Shown: positions 59,643 to 64,000 of the stretch, piece by piece
Numbering within the stretch: the first letter of the stretch is position 1
Layout of the letters: each line of letters opens with the position of its first letter
Source of the DNA: Dehalococcoidia bacterium
GTDB taxonomy: Bacteria; Chloroflexota; Dehalococcoidia; Lucifugimonadales; UBA2962
Direction of reading: 5' to 3'
NCBI GenBank assembly: GCA_965116605.1
Contig: OZ220697.1
Location: 1,852,766 to 1,916,765, forward strand
DNA: 64,000 nt
Position numbers and translations under genes: made by a program
Notes under the pieces: model-generated
Databases searched by the model: none
What the model was told of the DNA's origin: nothing
What the model saw: only the letters and a program-made list of their open reading frames with translations

Positions 59643-61916
59643 CTAGCCTGCGAGTAGATTCAGGGCGGAGCCGGACCTAAACCATTCGATCTGGGCCTCG
59701 CCGAAAGAGTGCCCCAGTTGAATCTCATCGCTTGTTCCATCGTCGTGGTGAACGACACAGCGGACCGGCTCGCCGGGCCGCAGGTCGGCCAGGCCGAGCA
59801 GGCTGATGCGGTCCGACTCACGCACCAACTCGTAATCTGAAGAATGAGCGAAGGTAAGGGCCAGCAGCCCCTGCTTTTTCAGGTTCGACTCGTGGATCCT
59901 GGCGAAGCTGCGGGCGATTACCGCCGCACCCCCCAGCAACCTCGGTGAGAGGGCAGCGTGCTCGCGGCTGCTTCCCTCGCCATAGTTGTGATCGCCGACG
60001 ACGATCCAGCGCAGGCCGGCGGCCTTGTAGGAGCGGGCGACCTGTGCGACTGAGCGGCCGGATTCCCCGGTGAGTTGGTCCAGGGTGGTCCCGGCCTCGC
60101 CACTGTACGCGTTGACCGCACCCATGAACATGTTGTCGCTGAACTTCTCCAGGTGGCCCCTGTACCTAAGCCACGGGCCCGCCGGTGAGATGTGATCGGT
60201 GGTGGTCTTGCCACGGGTCTTCAGCAAGACCGGGAGCTCCACATAATCCTGGCCATCCCAGGGCTCCCAAGGCGTGAGCACCTGAAGGCGCTCGCTGTCT
60301 TCGTCAACGGTGATCTCGACGTCAGCTCCGTCCTCGAGGGGAGCGGAGTAGTACTGCCTACCCCGCGCGAAGTCGGCCGAAGGAACCTCAGGGGCGGGCT
60401 TGGGGGGCTCGAGGGAGAACCGGTCGCCGTCCTCACCGACAAGGGTGTCGGTAAGAGGGTTGAAGCTGAGACGACCGCCCAGCGAGAGGGCGACGACGAT
60501 CTCAGGACTTGCAATGAAGTTCATGGTCTCAGAGCGGCCGTCGTTTCGCCTTGGGAAGTTGCGGTTATAGGAGGTCACGATGGTGTTGGACACCCCGTCG
60601 AGTAGCCTTTCCCGTCGCCACTGTCCAATGCACGGACCGCATGCGTTGGCAAGGGTTGTGACACCGATCTTGGACAGTGACTCGAGCTGTCCGTCCCTTT
60701 CGATGGTGGCCCTGACCTGCTCGGAGCCCGGGGTGACCATCAACTCGATGTCGCACCTGGCGCCGCGGGCGCTGGCCTGCTCGGCCACGTCCGCGACCCG
60801 GCTCATGTCCTCATAGGACGAGTTGGTACAGCTGCCGATGAGAGCGGTGTCGATCTCGTCGACAAAGCCGTTGGCCGGATCGGCCACCTCGGCCGCCAGC
60901 TTCGAGATAGGCCTTGCGCGGTCCGGCGAGTGGGGCCCCGACACGTGTGGCTCGAGCCTGGCGAGGTCGATCTCGATCACCTGGTCGAAGAACTCTTCGG
61001 GGCGGTCCTCCACCTCCCTGTCCGCCCTGAGGATCTCGCGGTTTTCGTGAGCCAGGCTGGCGAGTTCGCCCCTGCCAGTCGCCGAAAGGTAGGTCGCCAT
61101 GCGCTCGTCGTAGGGAAATATCGAGGTGGTGGCACCAAGCTCGGCTCCCATGTTGGTGATGGTGGCCTTGCCCGTGCAACTGATCGATCGGGCGCCCGGA
61201 CCAAAGTACTCGATAATCGAGTTCGTCCCGCCTGCGACTGTCAACTCCCCGGCGAGATAGAGAATCACGTCCTTGGGAGCAGTCCACCCATTCATGGAGC
61301 CGGTAAGTCTGACCCCTATATGTTTTGGATACAGCAACTCCCAGGGCAGCCCGGCCATCACCTCCACGGCATCGGCACCGCCCACTCCCACCGCGCACGA
61401 GCCGAGCCCGCCGGCGTTGGGTGTGTGCGAGTCGGTCCCGATCATCAAAGCCCCCGGGAAAGCGTAATTCTCCAGGACCACCTGGTGGATAATCCCTGCG
61501 CCCGGTGCCCAGAAGCCGACCCCGAACTTGGCCGAGGCGTCACGCAGGAAATCGTAGACTTCGCCGTTTTCCTCCCTGGACTGGAGAAGGTCAGACGCTC
61601 CCTCAACGCGCGCCTGTATCAGATGGTCGCAATGCACCGTGGTCGGCACGGCAACTCTGTCCCTGCGCGTCTGCATGAAGTTGAGCATGACCGTCTGGCC
61701 CAGCACGTCTTGCAGCGCAACCCGGTCCGGCCGAAGCAGGAGGTAGCTTTCCCCGGGTACGAGGTCGGCCGCCTCCGGGTCGTCAAGGTGCGAGAACAGG
61801 ACCTTGTCAGACAAGGTAAGGGGCCTTGCCACCCTTCGACGCACAGTCGAAAGGCGGTCCCTCATCCTGCCGTATGTTTCGCTTACGAACTCTGGTGTGG
61901 ACTCGATCTGAACCAT
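59643..61916 (-). CDS. acn: Aconitate hydratase (about 757 aa, monomeric Fe-S aconitase)
   Basis: HCDHLI, GTDSHTPNAGGLG, IGSCTNSSYEDM, NACGPCIGQW (the three cluster Cys contexts), and the swivel domain. Confidence 0.9.
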   Translation of the reverse strand: MVQIESTPEFVSETYGRMRDRLSTVRRRVARPLTLSDKVLFSHLDDPEAADLVPGESYLLLRPDRVALQDVLGQTVMLNFMQTRRDRVAVPTTVHCDHLIQARVEGASDLLQSREENGEVYDFLRDASAKFGVGFWAPGAGIIHQVVLENYAFPGALMIGTDSHTPNAGGLGSCAVGVGGADAVEVMAGLPWELLYPKHIGVRLTGSMNGWTAPKDVILYLAGELTVAGGTNSIIEYFGPGARSISCTGKATITNMGAELGATTSIFPYDERMATYLSATGRGELASLAHENREILRADREVEDRPEEFFDQVIEIDLARLEPHVSGPHSPDRARPISKLAAEVADPANGFVDEIDTALIGSCTNSSYEDMSRVADVAEQASARGARCDIELMVTPGSEQVRATIERDGQLESLSKIGVTTLANACGPCIGQWRRERLLDGVSNTIVTSYNRNFPRRNDGRSETMNFIASPEIVVALSLGGRLSFNPLTDTLVGEDGDRFSLEPPKPAPEVPSADFARGRQYYSAPLEDGADVEITVDEDSERLQVLTPWEPWDGQDYVELPVLLKTRGKTTTDHISPAGPWLRYRGHLEKFSDNMFMGAVNAYSGEAGTTLDQLTGESGRSVAQVARSYKAAGLRWIVVGDHNYGEGSSREHAALSPRLLGGAAVIARSFARIHESNLKKQGLLALTFAHSSDYELVRESDRISLLGLADLRPGEPVRCVVHHDDGTSDEIQLGHSFGEAQIEWFRSGSALNLLAG

Positions 61917-62036
61917 CTTTGACCTCGAATCGCCCTTTGGGACGGGCGTGCTGCGACCCGCAAGGCGGGCAGCGAAGTGGTGGGAAAGCCACCGGCGCCA
62001 TGGCCAAATTCGGCCATAGCCGGAAGGCTGGCTTTA

Positions 62037-62285
62037 CTAGCGTGACTGACCGAAATACTCGTAGTTGAGGTCGGTGTACTTGTCCTGGTCCTCAGGTACG
62101 TCCTCTTCGGCAAAGATAGCCACCACTGGACATACCGGCTCGCAGGCAGCGCAGTCTATGCACTCTTCGGGACTTATCAGCAGCATCCTGTGCTCCGGAG
62201 CCTCATAAATGCAGTCCACCGGGCAAACATCGACGCACGCCCGGTCGAGAACGTCCACGCAAGGCTCGGTGATGATGTATGTCAT
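62037..62285 (-). CDS. fdxA: 7Fe-type ferredoxin ([3Fe-4S][4Fe-4S])
   Basis: MTYIITEPCVDVLDRACVDVCPVDCIYE...CIDCAACEPVCP. Confidence 0.9.
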   Translation of the reverse strand: MTYIITEPCVDVLDRACVDVCPVDCIYEAPEHRMLLISPEECIDCAACEPVCPVVAIFAEEDVPEDQDKYTDLNYEYFGQSR

Positions 62286-62434
62286 TCTGACCCTAAACTC
62301 CTAATCTGGTCCGCTCATCGCCGGAATCGTGTTGGTGAAGTTCCCAGCCTCGCGGCAGAGACATTCCCCTCTGCGATTATATCGCTCCGGCTCCGTCCTC
62401 CCTCAATAGCGAGGAAAGCTGCCTTGGGCCCGAG

Positions 62435-62463
62435 TTGACTTTTGCCCGGGTGGACTTTTAACT
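62435..62463 (+). promoter_or_regulatory. Putative promoter of the SDR gene
   Basis: TTGACT-(17 nt)-TTAACT, 58 nt upstream of the ATG at 62521. Confidence 0.35.
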
Positions 62464-62520
62464 GTCGCTCGGCAGGAGCCATGGGCCCAGCCGGAATCGG
62501 AGAAAGCCGAGGATAAGCCA

Positions 62521-63243
62521 ATGGGTCAGCTCGACGGCAAGGTCGCCCTTATCACCGGAGGGGGGACGGGCATCGGAAAGGGCATCGGGAGGGCGTTCTC
62601 CAGAGAGGGTGCGCACCTGGTGATCGCTTCGAGACGTGAGGAGCATCTCACCACCGCCGCCGCCGAGTTCAGGGAGTTGGGCGCGGAGGTCGAGGCCGTG
62701 CCCACCGACGTTACCGTCGAGGCGCAGGTCGAGGCGCTTTTCGAAGCGGTGACCGGCCGTTTCGGGAGGCTCGACATCCTCGTTAACAACTCGGGTATCG
62801 CTGAAAGCGGACCGCTGGAGGAGTTGTCCCTTGATGCCTGGCGAAAGGTGATCGACGTCAACCTCACCGGGGTTTTCCTCTGCACGAGGGCGGCAATGGC
62901 GATCATGAAGCGCCAGGGCGGCGGCAGGATCATCAATATAGGCAGCATCTCGGCCCAGATGCCGCGGATGAACTCTGCCCCCTACACCACCTCCAAGCAC
63001 GGACTGGTCGGGCTCACCAAGTCAACGGCGCTCGAAGGGCGGGCTTTCGGCATCTCGGCTGGCTGCCTTCACCCTGGCAACACGCTGACCGAGATGGGAC
63101 GATCACTCCCTGATCAGGAGCCGTTGATGTCTGTTGACGACCTGGCGGGCATCGCCCTGGCGATGGCCGCCCTGCCCGCCAACGCCACTGCTCTTGAGGC
63201 CATAGTGCTGCCTTACCAGCAAGACTATCTGGGGAGAGGCTAG
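62521..63243 (+). CDS. Short-chain dehydrogenase/reductase (SDR)
   Basis: TGGGTGIGKG cofactor motif, NNSG, and YTTSK (YxxxK). Confidence 0.85.
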   Translation: MGQLDGKVALITGGGTGIGKGIGRAFSREGAHLVIASRREEHLTTAAAEFRELGAEVEAVPTDVTVEAQVEALFEAVTGRFGRLDILVNNSGIAESGPLEELSLDAWRKVIDVNLTGVFLCTRAAMAIMKRQGGGRIINIGSISAQMPRMNSAPYTTSKHGLVGLTKSTALEGRAFGISAGCLHPGNTLTEMGRSLPDQEPLMSVDDLAGIALAMAALPANATALEAIVLPYQQDYLGRG

Positions 63244-63289
63244 CAGCCTCTGAGGAGTGGAGACTCCCTGGGTTCCTTGGAAGGCTGCC

Positions 63290-63832
63290 TCAGAAGGGCG
63301 TGGAGCGTTTCTGGCGCTCGAAGGCGGCCCTCAGTTCCTCGGCGTCCCTACTGCCGCGGCCCGCGAAGGACACGCGCACGTCCTTGCCCCTGAAGCGGAC
63401 GAATAGCAGCGATGTGTGAGGTTTAACGCGGATAAGGCTAGTGAGTATGAGGTAGCCGGCGGCACCGATGCCGACCGCCCAGGCAACGAACAAGAGGGTG
63501 TTGACTATATTGACCGCTTTGGGGACGCTTGCTGGATCTATGAGGAACGTGTCTATCGGCACCTGTATAGCTGCCAGTGTCGCTCCGATGGCCAAGGCCT
63601 TTAGACCCGCTTCTAGCCGGCTCTCCTGCCCGCCCTCAAGCTTGCGAACCCCGTCAACGTCCTTGACCGTAACCACGTCCCTGGCTCGGCCGCCCGACCA
63701 GTTCGCCATTAGCCGAAGGTTTGTGAGGACGACGTCTTCGCGCTCGAAGACGACCTCTTCGTCGTCAAGCAGGTCTATGCATCGATCGGCGGTCCCAATT
63801 TGTGTACGCTCCATGCCTATACAGCCCCGCAT
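63290..63832 (-). CDS. Hypothetical membrane protein: a PH-like beta region interrupted by TM helices
   Basis: EEVVFEREDVVLTNLRLM...VVTVKDVDGVRKLE, then hydrophobic helices, then SLLFVRFRGKDVRVSF...AEELRAAFERQK. This is the same layout as the protein at 23780-24448. Confidence 0.45.
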   Translation of the reverse strand: MRGCIGMERTQIGTADRCIDLLDDEEVVFEREDVVLTNLRLMANWSGGRARDVVTVKDVDGVRKLEGGQESRLEAGLKALAIGATLAAIQVPIDTFLIDPASVPKAVNIVNTLLFVAWAVGIGAAGYLILTSLIRVKPHTSLLFVRFRGKDVRVSFAGRGSRDAEELRAAFERQKRSTPF

Positions 63833-63904
63833 CCGAGTCTACATCAACGCAAGATCCTCCAAGCGGTGTCGCAGCCACTGCGGTCCCACGCTGCACCCGT
63901 GCCA

Positions 63905-64000
63905 GTGAACATAGCCATAGACGGCCCCGTCGCATCCGGCAAGACGGTTGTCGGCCGTGCCTTGGCGCGCCGCCTGGGTCTGCGCTTTCTGGACACGGGC
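63905..64000 (+). CDS. cmk: Cytidylate kinase, 5' fragment truncated by the window end
   Basis: A GTG start, then NIAIDGPVASGKTVVGRALARRLGLRFLDTG (Cmk P-loop and the YLDTG motif). Confidence 0.7.
   Translation, partial: MNIAIDGPVASGKTVVGRALARRLGLRFLDTG

Overview
A GC-rich, tightly packed bacterial chromosomal segment of about 60 genes. Most are housekeeping or central-metabolism genes, and many neighbours have overlapping stop and start codons. I saw no transposase, integrase, phage gene, CRISPR array or recognisable defence system. Recognisable content: selenocysteine machinery (selA at the left edge, selD at 12.2 kb); rarA; two luciferase-like (LLM) oxidoreductases and a PPOX-family protein of the kind that is usually F420-dependent; ltaE; an aspartase-like lyase; cca; sodC; argS; tsaD; rpe; an arginine cluster (argJ-argB-argD-argG ... 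argH); an amidase/aldo-keto reductase/amidohydrolase operon; a stand-alone 23S rRNA gene followed by an initiator tRNA; a ubiD-ubiA-ubiX prenyl-FMN/prenyltransferase operon; ktrB-ktrA; pheA; recG with the degV/DAK2 pair, divergent from rpmB; aconitase; a 7Fe-type ferredoxin; and the 5' end of cmk. The gene content (F420-type enzymes, unlinked rRNA, D-TA-family paralogs) fits Chloroflexota or Actinomycetota, but this is only an inference. Points most worth a second look: (1) selD is a selenoprotein; its in-frame UGA and N-terminus are missing from the ORF track, and a SECIS-like hairpin follows. (2) The 23S rRNA has no linked 16S or 5S. It is preceded by a perfect consensus promoter and then, unexpectedly, a strong intrinsic terminator before the mature 5' end. 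(3) A roughly 190-nt structured leader lies upstream of ktrB, with a 12-bp closing helix, a duplicated AGACGAAAGGG module and two ways to sequester the Shine-Dalgarno (SD) sequence. It is a candidate riboswitch that I cannot assign to a known class by eye. (4) An MfnB-like (4-HFC-P synthase family) enzyme is fused to a TusA-like Cys domain and sits next to a DHDPS-family aldolase. (5) A PncC-like/NMNAT-like fusion protein is translationally coupled to ubiD-ubiA-ubiX. All functional calls come from motif recognition by eye; no database search was run.
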